NCBI RefSeq assembly: GCF_036321535.1
Contig: NC_087447.1
Span: forward strand, 35,962,001-36,026,000
Direction of reading: 5' to 3'
DNA from: Camelus dromedarius
Lineage: Eukaryota
Length of the DNA: 64,000 bases
This document shows positions 26,001 through 39,210 of the stretch, piece after piece. Below the pieces are notes generated by a model. The model did not search any database. It had not been told where the DNA came from and saw nothing but the letters and a program-made list of their open reading frames with translations. Each line of letters opens with the position of its first letter. Position 1 is the stretch's first letter. The position numbers and the translations under genes are program-made.

Positions 26001-29000
26001 AGAAAGGACATATGGTATATATGCCATATTATGTAACACCCCTGAAGAGTCTGTAATCAAACAGATTAGTACTTCCTTATCAGCAATCTCACTCCTGGGC
26101 ATATATCCAGAGGGGACTTTAATTCAAAAAGATACATGCACCCAAATGTTCACACCAGCACTGTTTACAATAGCCAAGACATGGAAACAACCTAAATGTC
26201 CATTGACAGATGAATGGATAAAGAAGTTGTGGTATATTTATACAATGGAATACTATTCAGCCATAAAAAATTAAAAATGCTATTTGCAGCAACATGGATG
26301 GACTTGGAGACTGTCATTCTAAATAAAGTAAGCCAGAAAGAAAAAAAAAATACTATATGATAGTACTTAAATGTGGAATCTAAAAAAAAAAAACAAATGA
26401 ACTTATTTACATAACAGAGACTCACAGACATAGAGAACAAACTTATGGTTACCAGGGGAAGTGGGGTGGGAAGGGATAAATTGGGAGTTCAAGATTTGCA
26501 GATACTAACTACTGTATTTAAAATAGATTAACAACAAGTTTATACTGTATAGCACAGGGAACTATATTCAATATCTTGTAGTAACCTATAATGAAAAAGA
26601 ATATGAAAATGAATATATGTATGTACATGTATGACTATTACACTGTATACCAGAAACTGACAAAACTGTAAACTGACTATATTTCAATTTAAAAAACTAT
26701 GAATACTCACAGTAAGTAAGCTAAATAAAAACTATAAATAGCCTTATTGTAATTCAAGCCAGGTTTTTGTTTTTACAGTGTTTTGGATTTTGGAGTTGTC
26801 AGTAAGGGATTACAGACCTGTATGTCCACATTGCTATCTGTACTAATAAGGGTTAAGCTATCTCCCTTTAAAGACATTCTGGAGTGTATGTAACAGTTAT
26901 GCTATCACTTCATAGAATTTACTTGTCAAATTACAAAACCTCAAGGGCATGACAAAGACAACATATTTTAGAATTATTCTCACCGCTTTGATTAACATAT
27001 CTAAATCTGTAGATTCAAACTTGTCAGGATTCAGGTGATTTAGGTGATCAAATTGTTTTAGAAGAGCATGGTGGTCTATGCCTGTATCTGAAAGGAAATG
27101 AGAAAACTGTCAATGATAAATTACTAGAAGTTAGAAACATTAATATAAATGATACATAAGAATAAGTATTTATATTTATCCCTATAGGATTTTATAAGAA
27201 AATTCAAAGTTTTAGTTTAAGAGTTCATAATTTCTTTTAGACTACTATACATATTGTTATTCTAGGCAAAGGTAATGTCTCTGAATTCTAAAATGGAATA
27301 CAATTTAATATGTACATTTTAATGTTATTTCTAGAGAGACTAGTTGACTATTAGTATAATTTACAGTAAAAACTGTTTCATTGTTGTAAAATTACCAAGT
27401 TTTCTACTTTTAATTGGATAAACTCTAATATACTGCCCTCATCAAAGATCTAAGTAGAATTTCTAAAAGGAATTGCTCTAAAATTTGCGTGAAGAAACTC
27501 TTTGCATGCTGCTCTAATAAGTCCTTATGGAACAATAAAAATTTAATTCAGTAAATTCATTTGATTATGATTTATCTTTAAAAAAAGTTGTTTTCTTTGT
27601 AAAGAACTTTTAAGAAACAAGCTACAGTGTGCTATTGTTGAATGGGTGAAGCAATTCTGGACTATTTCAGTTGTATTATAGACGAGCAAAATAAGTATAT
27701 GTTGATTTGTTAGGAGTCAGGGTTCTCACTTAGGAGAAAGGGATATACAAACATGGAAATGGAGGGAGGCAAGAAAGAAATTTGTGGAAATGGATGGGAA
27801 TTAGTATTATCTGTGTGAACTTATTATTTCTAATATATATACACACACACATACATATATAGATGTATGTTTCACATGTACATGCACGTGTGTACATGTG
27901 TGTGCATATGTGTATGTATGTGTGTACAAACATGCATATATTTCCTACCTCTGTCCTATGCAGGTGTCTAGAAGAAAATATTTTCCAGAAGCATTGAGCA
28001 CACCAAGTGCCAGCCCTTGGTCTGTAATATGATTTCCCACTAAAAAGAACCAGGAATCCTCAGAGAAATGGCTGATTCCAGGGCTGGGGCAGGATACAAG
28101 GTACAAGATGAGCCTGGAACATGTTGTTATGCCAGAAAGTAAGAAACTGCTAAATTAGTTCAACTAAGCTTTCACTGAATTCCTAGTATGGCACTGTACT
28201 AGGAGTTTTACTTGCGAGGAAAAGATTTGTTATGAGACCTAGACCTAAAGAATATTATCAGTCAGTGAAATACATGAAAAGACGCTTAGCCTCACTCAAA
28301 ATAGGAGAAATACATATTAAAACTGCACAATTATACCATCTAACAGAATGGCAAAACTCCTAAAGTTTGATGATACTTATAATTAGCAAGGCTATGAGAA
28401 ATTTATTGCTGGTGGGAATGTGTATTGATGAACCTCGGTGGAGGTGGCAGTATCTATTAAAATTACAAATGCATATACCTTTTGGCTTAGCAATTTCACA
28501 GTGGGGAACTTATCCTACAGATAATCTTACATGGATACATGGTGGTATGTGTACAAGAGTGTTCACTAGAAATTACCCAAATATCCATCAACAGGGGTCT
28601 GGTTAGGTGGGGAGGGTATAGCTCAAGTGGTAGAGCACATGCTTAGCAGCACAAGGTCCTGGGTTCAATCCCCAGTACCTCCTCTAAAGATAAATAAACA
28701 AACCTAATTACCCTCCCCTCAAAAAAGGTTAAAACAATTTTTAATAAAACAGGGGTCTGGTTAAATAAATTATGTTATATCCATATAATGGAAATCTATG
28801 CAGCTGTTAAAAAAAAGAAGAAAATGAAGAAGATGGTCTCTGTATTAATACAGAAAGATCTCCAAAATATAGTAGTAAAGGAAAAATACAAGGAACAAAA
28901 TGTCTATTGCATGTACCTTTTGTATAAAAAGAGAGGAAAAATGAGCACTTTTATTTGTATTTGTTTATATGTGAATAAAGAAACTCAAGAAGGATGGTGT

Positions 29001-32000
29001 TGGGGGCAGTGGGAACTGATAGGGTACAAAAATACTGGGGGGCTTTTTTGTTATATACCTTCTTACACTTGTTTTAAACTATGTGAATGTATTGTCTTGT
29101 TTAAAAATTATACCATCTGAAAAAAAATTAAGACCCTGTAAGCCCTTCTTCAAATTGTCAGAAATTTTAATTCATAAATTTTGAATCAATAAGAAAGTAT
29201 TCATAAGTTTTCTAAGCATATTACAGTTTTCTTTAGGTAATGAAATTCAGTCTCTGTCTTGGAATAAAGGAAATATTGCCAAGGTTAAGGGGATGGAAGT
29301 TGTGTAAGGGGAAAGAAATTTCTAACCACCTTAGGTCTGGCTTCAAGGATGGAATTACCTTGTGTCTGACCACTTGATGTAGGACGGTATGAGTTAATTT
29401 ACCTCTCATTGATATCCTTAGTTTCAGGATAATGAGTATTTGGTACTTGTTTTCTAAGTCTATTCACCAGCAGAGGGTTTAACGCTCTACACAGTTTCTC
29501 CAATATGATCCACTGACCAGAGGTACATGTTTAAAATGCAGATTACTCATCCCCAGAATCAGAATATCTGGAGGTGAGAGCCAGTCATCCCTATTTTAAA
29601 CTAGCTCTCCAGGTGATTCTTATGCAACCAAAAGTTTAAGAACTGCTATTCCACCCTGAGTAAATGTTCAGTTATTTATTGATGACAGTGAACCACCCAG
29701 ATGACCAACCTACAGGGGCATGTCACAAGGACACAGAAGCCAGCTTGAAAAGTCTCTCATTTGCCAAATTTGGCCCCTTGACTTTGATTCATAATTAGAA
29801 AATCCATTCCAAGACAATAAAGGAATTCAGTTATGTTGTCAACTGTTGCTTTTATGGTTTTATTTTTACATTTAAATCTTTATTTATCTAAGCACCAACC
29901 TGATGTATATGAGATATGAATCTAACTGTATGTACCTTTTTCCAAATGGCTATCCAACTGTATTAAGACCACTTATTTTAAAAATATTATCTATCCCACT
30001 AATAATAAGGTACCACCTTTAACTCAAACTAAATTCCATATGTATTTAATTATATTTCTGGAATTTATATTCTGTTCCACTGGTCTCTCTATTTATATGC
30101 CAAAACCATAGAGTTCCAGTGAGTGAGGCTTAGTGATACATTTTAATATCTAATACATCTAGTCCTTTACTATTCTTTTTTTTTCAGAGGTATGTCACTT
30201 TTCTTGCCTGTTTCCCTCTTCATGTGGACTTTAAAATTAACATGACTAGTACCAGGGGGAAAAAGTACATCTTTATATTTGGATCATGTTAAATTTACAA
30301 ATTAACAAAAGGGAGAACTGACATGTTTATAACGTTGAGTCCGTGTATCAAAAAGATGTTATGTCTTCCCATTTTTTTCAAGTCTAGTTTTGTGTCCTTC
30401 AGGAGTGTTTTAAAGTTTTTCTCTGTAAGTCTTGCACATTTCTGAATAGGTTTATTCTGGGCATTTTATCTTTGTTGGTATTGTAAATGGAATCTTTTCT
30501 TCCATTATACCTTCTAACTGGCTGTTGTTGGGACATATGAAAAATACTAATTTCTGTATATTATCTACCTTGCTGATTTTGCTGTTGTATATACTAAGTT
30601 TTTCAACAAGTTACTTTGGGTTTCTCAAGTGTATACTTTCCAGTGTTATAATTATATCATCTGCAAATACAGATGGTTTTAGCACCTACTTTCTAATTAT
30701 TTTACCTCCAATTTTTTCATTTGCATAATTGTTTCGGCTAGTACCTCTAGTATTAATTAGTAGAGATGACAGCAAGCATCTTTGTTTTGTTCCTGATTTT
30801 AGTTAGAATACATATTTGTGTTTCCTTAATAAGTATGTGTAGCTGAGTTGGACATATCTAATCATGTTACAGAAGTATCTATTGATTATTATTTTATTAC
30901 TTTTTTAAAATTAAGAAGAGGTGTTAAATTTTGTCAAATGCCTTTTCTGGATATATGGAGATGATCATATGAACTATGAGATCACTTTCTTTAGGATATC
31001 TTCTCATTTCAAGAACTCTGCTTCATAGCTATTTAATCTTCTCATAGTCTAAAATTGAAAGAATGGAGCAGGGGATGAATAGGCAGAGCACAGAGGATTT
31101 TTAGGACAGTGAAACTACTCTGTATGATACTATAATGGTAGATACATGTCATTATAAATTTGTCTAAACCCACAGAATGTACAACATCAAAAGTGAACTC
31201 TAATATAAACTATGGATTTGGGGTGATTTTGATGTGTCAGTGTAGGTTCAGTTATAACAAATGTACCACTCTGGTGGGAGATGTTGGTGTTGGGGGAGGC
31301 TGTGAATGTTTGGGAACAGGTGATGTATGGGAAATCTCTGTATCTTCCCCTCCATCTTACTGTGAACCTTATATTGCTCCAAATTTTTTTCTTAATTTAA
31401 AAATACACAAATTTCAAAGATTGATTCCAATTTATTACTTGTCTTTTGACTTTACGATTTCTTTTGTCACAACAGAATTTTTTTCTTCTTATATCTATTC
31501 ATATGATAACTTATAGTATTAGACTTCCTAAAACTAAGTCAATATTGCATTCCTGAAATAAATACACTTGCTATGATAGAGTATTCTTTTATTCAACAAT
31601 TTTGGTTTTGGCATCAATTTACAACAAGAGTGTGGAAGTTTCCTTCTTCATCTATGCTCTGGAATACTTTAAATAGCACTGACAATCGGCTTTTGAATTT
31701 TTTGATGGAATTCCCTTTGACACTGTCTGAACCTAGTGTTTATGAGGCGCTAGTTCGAACAATGTTTCTATTTCATCTATGGAAACTGTTCTAATTAAAT
31801 TTTCTCTGTTTCCTTTTGGTTGGCTTTGATGTTATTTTTCCTCTTTTAAGTCAGTAGGTTAATTCATTACTTTTCATTCTTCGTTTTTATTGATATAATT
31901 ACTTAAGGCTAATCATTTTGATTTTTGAATGATGTGACTATATAACCTATTTTAAAAATTAAATTTTAAAAAATTAAGAGAAGCCATATCAATACTAGCA

Positions 32001-33695
32001 TTAAATTTTGACTAGAGGAACATAGTAAACTGACCTCAAAAACCACATATTGAAATTTTCCTACCTTTTCTTTAGCACTTACCTTGAAGGGAATCCAATT
32101 TCGCTTTAATCAGCATTCTCAACCTTGCCACTTCTTGCCTTTTCAGTTCATCAAGTTTTGTCCTCACATGGTGACTCACTAAATCCAGCTCTTTGCTTAG
32201 CCTCCCACTCTGTTAACAAAGTTAATAAATTAATTTTATCTATTCTACTGCATATTTAGACAAGACACAGTATATTTAAAGTAGGGTTATAATAAAGTAG
32301 TGTTAAATACTTTTGACTAATTTAGATAAATTTGATATTACAAACAGCATTTCTTTCAGAAGATATTCAGTTTGTAACTCTAAAATCAAGATGTCTAAAA
32401 GCCTTATAATTTAGAAAAGCATAATTAAAGCACAAAGAAGAAACTCAAAGGGTAACTTAAATTCTAAAATGGTGCAACCACTTTGGAAGACAATTTGCAA
32501 TTCCTCAAATAGTTAAACATGGAGTTACCACATGACCCTGCAATTCCATTCCTAGGTGTAGACCTAAAAGAGTTGAAACATATGTTCACATAAAGTCTTG
32601 TATATGAATGTTCATAGCAGCATTATTCATACTAGCCAAAAAAAGGAGAAATAACCCAAATGTCCATCAACTGATGAATTGATAAAATATGGAATAGCCA
32701 TGCTGCAGAATATTATTTAGCCAATAAAAGGAGTGGACATACTGATACATGCTACAACATGATGAACATTAAAAATATTAAGTCAAAGAAGCCAGGCACA
32801 AAAGGCCATATTTTGTATGACTCCATTTATATGAAATTTCCAGAACAGACAAATCCATAGAGATAGAAAGTAGCTTAATGGTTGCCAGGGGCTGAGGAGA
32901 GAGAAGAAAGGGGGAATGATTGCTTAGTGGGTATAGGGATTCTTTGGCAGGGAAATAAAACTTCTCTAAAATTAGATTGTGGTGATGGTTAAAGTAACTT
33001 GGCCTCCTTAATAGTCATTCCATGTATAAATAGCTTTTCAGAATTCATCTTTCTTAGCTTGTCTCCTTTGATTACTTTTTTCACAGATGACTAATCAGAT
33101 ACACATTTCAAAATTTAAGAAACAAAACAGCCAGTGGTTTACTTTCTCTTGTTTATAAATTCACCTACCATCACAAACTGCAAATCTAACTAGCAATCAG
33201 GCACACAAATCCTTCAGGACTGAGTCAAGAGGGCCTGCTGAGGAAGGGAAGGAAGAGAAATCCCATAAAGGACACCAAGAGAGAATGTTCAGAGAGGGAG
33301 AAGGAGAGCTGGGAGAATATGCAGAAGCAAAAAGAGCAGTGCAATTTCAAGGAGCAAATGGTCATTACAAAACAATGGTTCTCAAGTGTGGTCCCCAGGT
33401 GGAGGCAGCAGCATCACCTGGGAACTTCAGAAATGCAGGCCCTAGACTTACTGTATCAGAAAGTCTGCAGAAAGGGCCCAGAAGTCTGTTCTAACAATTT
33501 AAAATCTGAGAACCACTGAGATAAAATAAAGGAGTCCAGGAAGAAGAGGAATAAAAAGTGCTCACTAGATTCAGTAATTAAGAAGTCACTGACACCATTC
33601 ACAAAAGTACATTCAGGGGGAGGGTATAGCTCAGTGCAGGGTGCATGCCTAGCATGCACAAGGTCCTGGGTTCAATCCCCAGTACCTCCATTAAA

Positions 33696-33748
<53 letters not shown>

Positions 33749-36718
33749 CTGACCGACCAACCGACCTAATTACCTCCACCCCAAAAAATGAAAAACAAAA
33801 ACAAATAAACAAAAGTACATTCAGGGAAGTGGAGCAGGCAGAGCCATAATCTTTCTAGTTAGCAATGTTTGGTAAGTAAAGAAATGTGGTATGATTTCCC
33901 TTTCAAAACGTTTAGCTGAAAAGGAAAAAACAACTTCTAACTTTTTTTTCCCAGTTTTTCCTGAGACAAGAATCTTTGCTGAGCTATCTGTAATGATTTC
34001 ATTGGCTTGGGTTTTATGGTCTATTTTTACTCCTCTTTTTTTCCCTGTTGAATAACTGTTAAACTTACATCATTTTGTCTCCCCCCCTTCCAACCCCACA
34101 GGGAATAGGAATTGACTGTGAAAGGACGACAGTAATAAAAGAATTCCTACACCAAAGACAAGCTTGTTGTCTTCTTTTCCCTGATTATCTCTATATATTA
34201 ACTCCCATTACCCACATTTTCTATTATCCCCCAATTAATACTCAATCCTAACTTAAGTAAATAAGAGACACTGAAAGTTCTACATTAAATACAATTTATC
34301 CCAGGAAATTAGGTCAAATGAATTTTTTGGAAACAAGATTATTCTCAAGACAATTCAGGGGATTGATGGAATTATGCTAAGTCAAATAAGTCAGACAGAG
34401 AAAGACAAACACTGCATGACACATGTGGAATCTAAAAAAAACGAAACAAGCAAACCTACCAAACAAAACAAAACCAGACATAGATACAGAGAACAGGTTG
34501 GTAGTTGCCAGAGTGAAAGGAGGTTGGGGATTATAAAATGGGTGATGGGGATCAAGAGGTACAAATGTCCAGATATAAAATAAATAAGTCATGGGGATGT
34601 AATATACAGCATGGGGAATATAGTCAATATTATTGTATTAGCTTTGTAGGGTAGCAGATGGTTACTAGACTTATTGTGGTGGTCATTTCACAATATATAC
34701 AAATGTCCGATTGCTATGGTGTACACATGAAACGAACGTAATATTGCATGTCAAATATACTTCAATTAAAAAAAGACAATTCAGGGGAATTACTGGCATA
34801 ATGCTGTTACCTTTCTTCCAGAACAGTTCACAGCCTCCAAGAGAAAAGCTAAAATCTACACAGAGGTTCTGATAGTTGCCACAACCTGAGGTGGGTCAGA
34901 CTTTCAAAGGGGCCCACACTAGGGACAGAGACTAAAATAAGAAGTATGTTTGACCCAGAAAGTTCCCTTCAAAGTTCTCTAATTGTGATTCTGGATACAG
35001 GTGAGATAATTTTTTAGGAAAGTTAAAACCAGATAAATAAAAATAACATAAGCATATCAACAAAACTGTATGAAGAGGTATAACTGAAGGTTTAAAATTA
35101 AGTCATTGGAAATTTCTTTACTGCTGACTCAGTATTAACCCAACTAAATGAGTTCAATGCCCTTACAAGATGGACTTTGAAAGACTCTCATGTCAGATCT
35201 TGTTTTTACACCCTCCTTTCTTTATTATGAGTACTAAGGAGATGTCTAGGGCTAGGGAAACGTCTAATAAATGGAGTTCTTAGGACAGAGGCAAATAATT
35301 AAACCTCCCCTATTGAGGTAAGATATGGCCCATTCCCACTTTTATTAATCTAGACCTGATTAAAACAGCAGAACTAAACCTATTCTAAACCTTTGAATAG
35401 CCTCCTGCTGTCCTCACTTCATGATTCAAGCCCCTTAACATGATGTACAAGGCCCTCTGTCACCTAGCCCATGACTCTTTCAAGCTCATCTTTTAGCCAG
35501 TCATGACCTCCACTTCCCAGTCTAGGTTCCAGCAACAGTTACTACTTCCACATTCCTATATATCTCCTGACTCTGTACTCTTGCACCTTAGCCTAGGATG
35601 CCTCCCAGTCATTCTCATTTTCTCAGCCACATCTTTAAGCATGGGCATAATATCTACCAGGATGAAAGACTTCCTACCTTTCCCCTCTGCTTCATACTGA
35701 ATTAGGTGTCCATCCTCTTTGTCTCCAATATATATTATACACTCATCATATATTCATCTTAATAATCTTTTTCTAGATATTAGTCTCCCTCGAGGCTTCT
35801 TTAAGGGCTGAGAATGAGTCTCATCCTTGTAATTCCAGTACTTAGCTCAGTGTCCGGCATGCTCAAATGTTTGTTAAATAATATTTAATTACATTTACCT
35901 TTATATCCTCTATGTCTGCTTTCTGGAGCTTTTCTCTGAAATGACTATCTGTTTCCAGCACATCGATCACTTGCTTGAGGTATTCATCATAATAAAGTCC
36001 AGTATCCTTCAAATTAAGAAACAAACAATAACTCTCCTGAAAGTTTTTCCTCCCCTGCATCTAAAGATCTCAACCCTAAAAAAAAAAAAAAAAAAAAAAA
36101 AGTCTAGCAAAATGGCATTGAGACATACCTACTTTGATGGTTTGGACGAAGTTAAAAGCTGTATTTCTCAAATGAAGAGAGTTGTATCAGAACCAATATC
36201 ATGTTTTACTCTTACATAAAGGTACATTTTTCTCTATGGCTTAGACAATGAAGATTCAACCAATAAGACTAATAGGTTTTACCCCATTGTCACCTGTCTC
36301 TCCTCATTGTTATCTGTCTCTCTTTTGAATATAATACAATGTTTTCTTAGCTGGTTATAAAAATATTGGAAATATAGCATGATTAATTCTTCTATGCACT
36401 ATCTAATATCCTAACCACATTAAATAAACATTGCCTAATATTAAACATGTGCCAATACTCTTTTCACTGCTATTTCAGAAATAATTCCTAAATGTCCAAT
36501 TCTATAAGTAAAACATATTGGCAATATTTTAGTTAAAATTCTTCCCACAAGGTTATCTTTATCATTTCACTTACTGGTGGTTCTATCTTTGCACTGTCCA
36601 CAGGCTGAGTATTTTTCACTTTTGTCTTGTCTATGTCTATAGGCACAGCTTCAAGAGCAGTAAGTACACATGTAATGAAGAGAAAACAATATTGTAGCAG
36701 TATGGTCCTCCACTTCAT
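20067..36718 (-). CDS. NUCB2: Nucleobindin-2 / nesfatin-1 precursor, spliced CDS span (12 coding exons, 1260 nt, 419 aa)
   Basis: Exons 144+108+127+104+186+91+59+93+90+171+79+8 nt join in frame with GT-AG sites. Signal peptide, nesfatin-1 ([10 protein letters not shown]...LDEL-KR), two EF hands and a coiled-coil C-terminus are all recognisable. Confidence 0.98.
20299..20400 (+). mobile_element. tRNA-derived SINE (Vic-1-like) in NUCB2 intron 13
   Basis: ggagggtatagttcagtggtagagtgc...gtcctgggtttaatccccagtacctcc plus (AAT)n tail. Confidence 0.85.
20645..20723 (-). CDS. NUCB2: NUCB2 exon 13
   Basis: [26 protein letters not shown]+C, 79 nt, ends in phase 1, donor gtatgt. Confidence 0.93.
21009..21179 (-). 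CDS. NUCB2: NUCB2 exon 12
   Basis: [57 protein letters not shown], 171 nt. Confidence 0.95.
23048..23137 (-). CDS. NUCB2: NUCB2 exon 11 (EF hand 2)
   Basis: [30 protein letters not shown], 90 nt. Confidence 0.96.
24220..24312 (-). CDS. NUCB2: NUCB2 exon 10
   Basis: [31 protein letters not shown], 93 nt. Confidence 0.96.
24402..24460 (-). CDS. NUCB2: NUCB2 exon 9 (EF hand 1)
   Basis: (D)[19 protein letters not shown], 59 nt. Confidence 0.96.
25061..25151 (-). CDS. NUCB2: NUCB2 exon 8
   Basis: [30 protein letters not shown]+G, 91 nt. Confidence 0.96.
25357..25542 (-). CDS. NUCB2: NUCB2 exon 7
   Basis: [62 protein letters not shown], 186 nt. Confidence 0.96.
26080..26695 (+). mobile_element. 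L1 3' end (ORF2 tail + 3'UTR), 5'-truncated
   Basis: cagcaatctcactcctgggcatatatcc...acaatagccaagacatggaaacaacctaaatgtcca...gtatagcacagggaactatattcaatatcttgta...A tail. Confidence 0.9.
26984..27087 (-). CDS. NUCB2: NUCB2 exon 6
   Basis: (D)[34 protein letters not shown], 104 nt. Confidence 0.96.
28606..28747 (+). mobile_element. tRNA-derived SINE (Vic-1-like) inserted in an older L1 fragment
   Basis: A/B boxes; 16-bp target-site duplication aacaggggtctggtta at 28590-28605 and 28748-28763. Confidence 0.9.
32083..32209 (-). CDS. NUCB2: NUCB2 exon 5 (end of nesfatin-1, KR convertase site)
   Basis: [42 protein letters not shown]+G, 127 nt. Confidence 0.97.
32465..32990 (+). mobile_element. Old L1 (L1MB-like) 3' fragment
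   Basis: aaaatggtgcaaccactttggaag...atgttcatagcagcattattcat...atggttgccaggggctg. Confidence 0.8.
33616..33808 (+). mobile_element. tRNA-derived SINE (Vic-1-like) with internal (TAGA)n microsatellite
   Basis: A/B boxes; (TAGA)13 at 33697-33748; TSD acaaaagtacattca at 33601-33615 and 33809-33823. Confidence 0.9.
34363..34772 (+). mobile_element. 5'-truncated L1 3' end
   Basis: L1 3'UTR motifs plus a 16-bp TSD aagacaattcagggga at 34347-34362 and 34773-34788. Confidence 0.88.
35899..36006 (-). CDS. NUCB2: NUCB2 exon 4
   Basis: [36 protein letters not shown], 108 nt. Confidence 0.97.
36575..36718 (-). CDS. NUCB2: NUCB2 exon 3 (start codon, signal peptide, start of nesfatin-1)
   Basis: cag|[51 protein letters not shown], 144 nt, donor gtaagt. 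Confidence 0.97.
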
Positions 36719-38399
36719 CTGAAATAAAGGTATAATTATATTAAGTCCTAAAAAAAGTTTTCAAACTATATATACATGCATTCCTAATACTACATTAATA
36801 ATATATTCAATTTCAGGAAGTTTAATTCAATAAGAATTCTAGGAAAGGGGTTAAAATAGATTATAACTTATCAAAAATAATGCTTAAAACAGACCACTAA
36901 GAAAATCAAGGGAGTAATGCTCTTCAGCTAAAATTAAAAAGGCAAGTAAATAAAATTTTAAAATCTAAAAAGGCAAGTAAACAAAATTTTAAAGTCTAAA
37001 CTGCTTATATAGTATAACAAAACATTTGGTTAATTATAAAAGCTTTAAATAAAGATGGTAATGAGGAACTCAAATTTTAAAAAAATGAACAGCCCAAATT
37101 TAAGTTAGGAAGAAGCAAGGGTAAACTATATATTTTTTCCTCAAATAAAATACAAAAGAGCCAAAATGATTCCTGGACATAATATTTAAATTAGCTTTAA
37201 TCTAATTTTGAAAATAAGTTGCTTTATGAACATAAGCTGATTAAGAGACAAATAACTAGCTACAAATATTCTCTTAACCTTGCTAAACATTATTTTATCA
37301 TAGCCAACAATCATTTGCTAAAATTCTTTTTGGTTAATAATTTTTCAAATAAATAGGTCAATAAAATATCAAGCAGGATATAACAAAGTTAAAGCAAAAG
37401 AGGAGCAAACATTGATGGTCCCACAATATTATTCAAATCTTGCTCATTCAGTTTTTACTTCATAAGTTTTTTGTAGCTCCAGAGGATCTACTACAAGAAT
37501 TAGAATGAATAAAAAGCTCATACTTAATTGACTCTATACATATAGATTGATGTTAGGATTCAAGTCAAAAGTAATGGTCTGACCATCAATCTGGAATATG
37601 CATTATTTAATTCAGAGGCTCCCAAATTTAGCTGGCAATTGACTTTTTTTTAAGTAACCCGTTTTTATCCACAAAACACAATTTGGAAGAGTGGATTGCC
37701 TCATTTACACCACAACCCTAGGTAGTACATAGAACAGTAACTCATTTTACAGATGAAGAAATTTCTAATTGAATCAATTCACTCAGAGTATTGTCTGGCA
37801 TTAACAAAATCACTAGAATCTACATTTTAGTGCTTTTTCTAGTATATCAATTTTTCAGCCTCTTTATTGAGCTATAATTCACAGGCCATAAAACTTATCC
37901 ATTGAAAGTATGGGATTTGACTATTCCACAAAGATGCACTCAAATTTTAGTTCTCAAACTTGAAGGATAAAATCACCTGGGAGCTTGTCAGAAATGCAAA
38001 TTCTCAGGTTGTACCCAAGACCTCTGGAATCAGAATCTCTGGGGTGGGTCCCCAGAATTTGTTTTAACAAACATTCCAGGTGAATCCTACATATGTATGC
38101 TCAAGACCAGGATTCACTCTTCTCTAGGACACTAGTTCTTCAACACAATTATAAGCATGTTTTATAATGAAATGTTTGGGAGATGCTGGCTCAATGAAGA
38201 TAAACAGGTTTCTATTTCACAAGACTTTCAGAACTTGTGATGGGCTACTATGCATTACAAATCTCTAATACAAGGATGGTTTGTTTCCCCACAGAATCTT
38301 TTCCCAACCACGGATCACCTCCTCTTCCCACAATTATTTTTTAGGACAACAAAGGTTTATCTCTCATTCACGCTTCATGCCCATTGCAGGTATATGTTT

Positions 38400-39210
38400 T
38401 GTTTTTGCTTTTTTGAGATATAATTTACATGCTATAAAACTTACCCTTTTAAAATTATACAATTCAGTGGTTTTTAGTATATTCTCCATACTGTGCAATT
38501 ATCACCATTACCCAATTTTAGAACATTTTCATCACTCCAAAAAGAAACCCCCTAATCATTAGCAGTCACTCCCCATTCTCTTATTCTCTGGGTCTCTGGT
38601 AACTATTAATCTACCTTCACTCAGTCTGGATAGATTTGCTTACTCTGGACATTTCATATAAATGGAATCATACAACATGTGGCCTTTCACACCTGGCTTT
38701 TTTCATTTAGCATTATGTTTTCAAGGTACAAGCATGTTGTAATATGAAGTAGCACTTCATCCTTTCTCATAGCTGAATAGATATTCCATTGTATGGATAT
38801 TTCACATTTTGTTTATCAATTCATCGGGTGATGGACATTTGGGTTATTGCTACTTTTTAGGCTAGCAGGAATAATGCTATTATGAACATTTGTATTCAGG
38901 TAATCGTGTTAGCATGTTGTGAATTCTTTCGGCATTATACCTAAGAGTAGAATTGTTGGGTCAATTCCGTAACTCCATGTTTAATTTTTTGAGGAACTGC
39001 CAAACTATTTTCCATAGCCATCAGCAATATATGAGGGTTTCCCATCACCACCAGCAATATATGAGGGTTGCAATTTTTCCATATCCTCACCAACATATGC
39101 TATTGTCTATCTTTTTATTATAGCCGACATCCTGGGTGTAAAGTGGTATGCCACTGATTTTGATTTGCATTTCACTGGCTGAGTGATGAGCATCTTTTCA
39201 AGTATTAGCT
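38400..39210 (-). mobile_element. Old L1 (L1MB-like) 3' fragment
   Basis: tttttgagatataatttacatg...ggacatttcatataaatggaatcatacaa...tttttgaggaactgccaaact. Confidence 0.85.
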
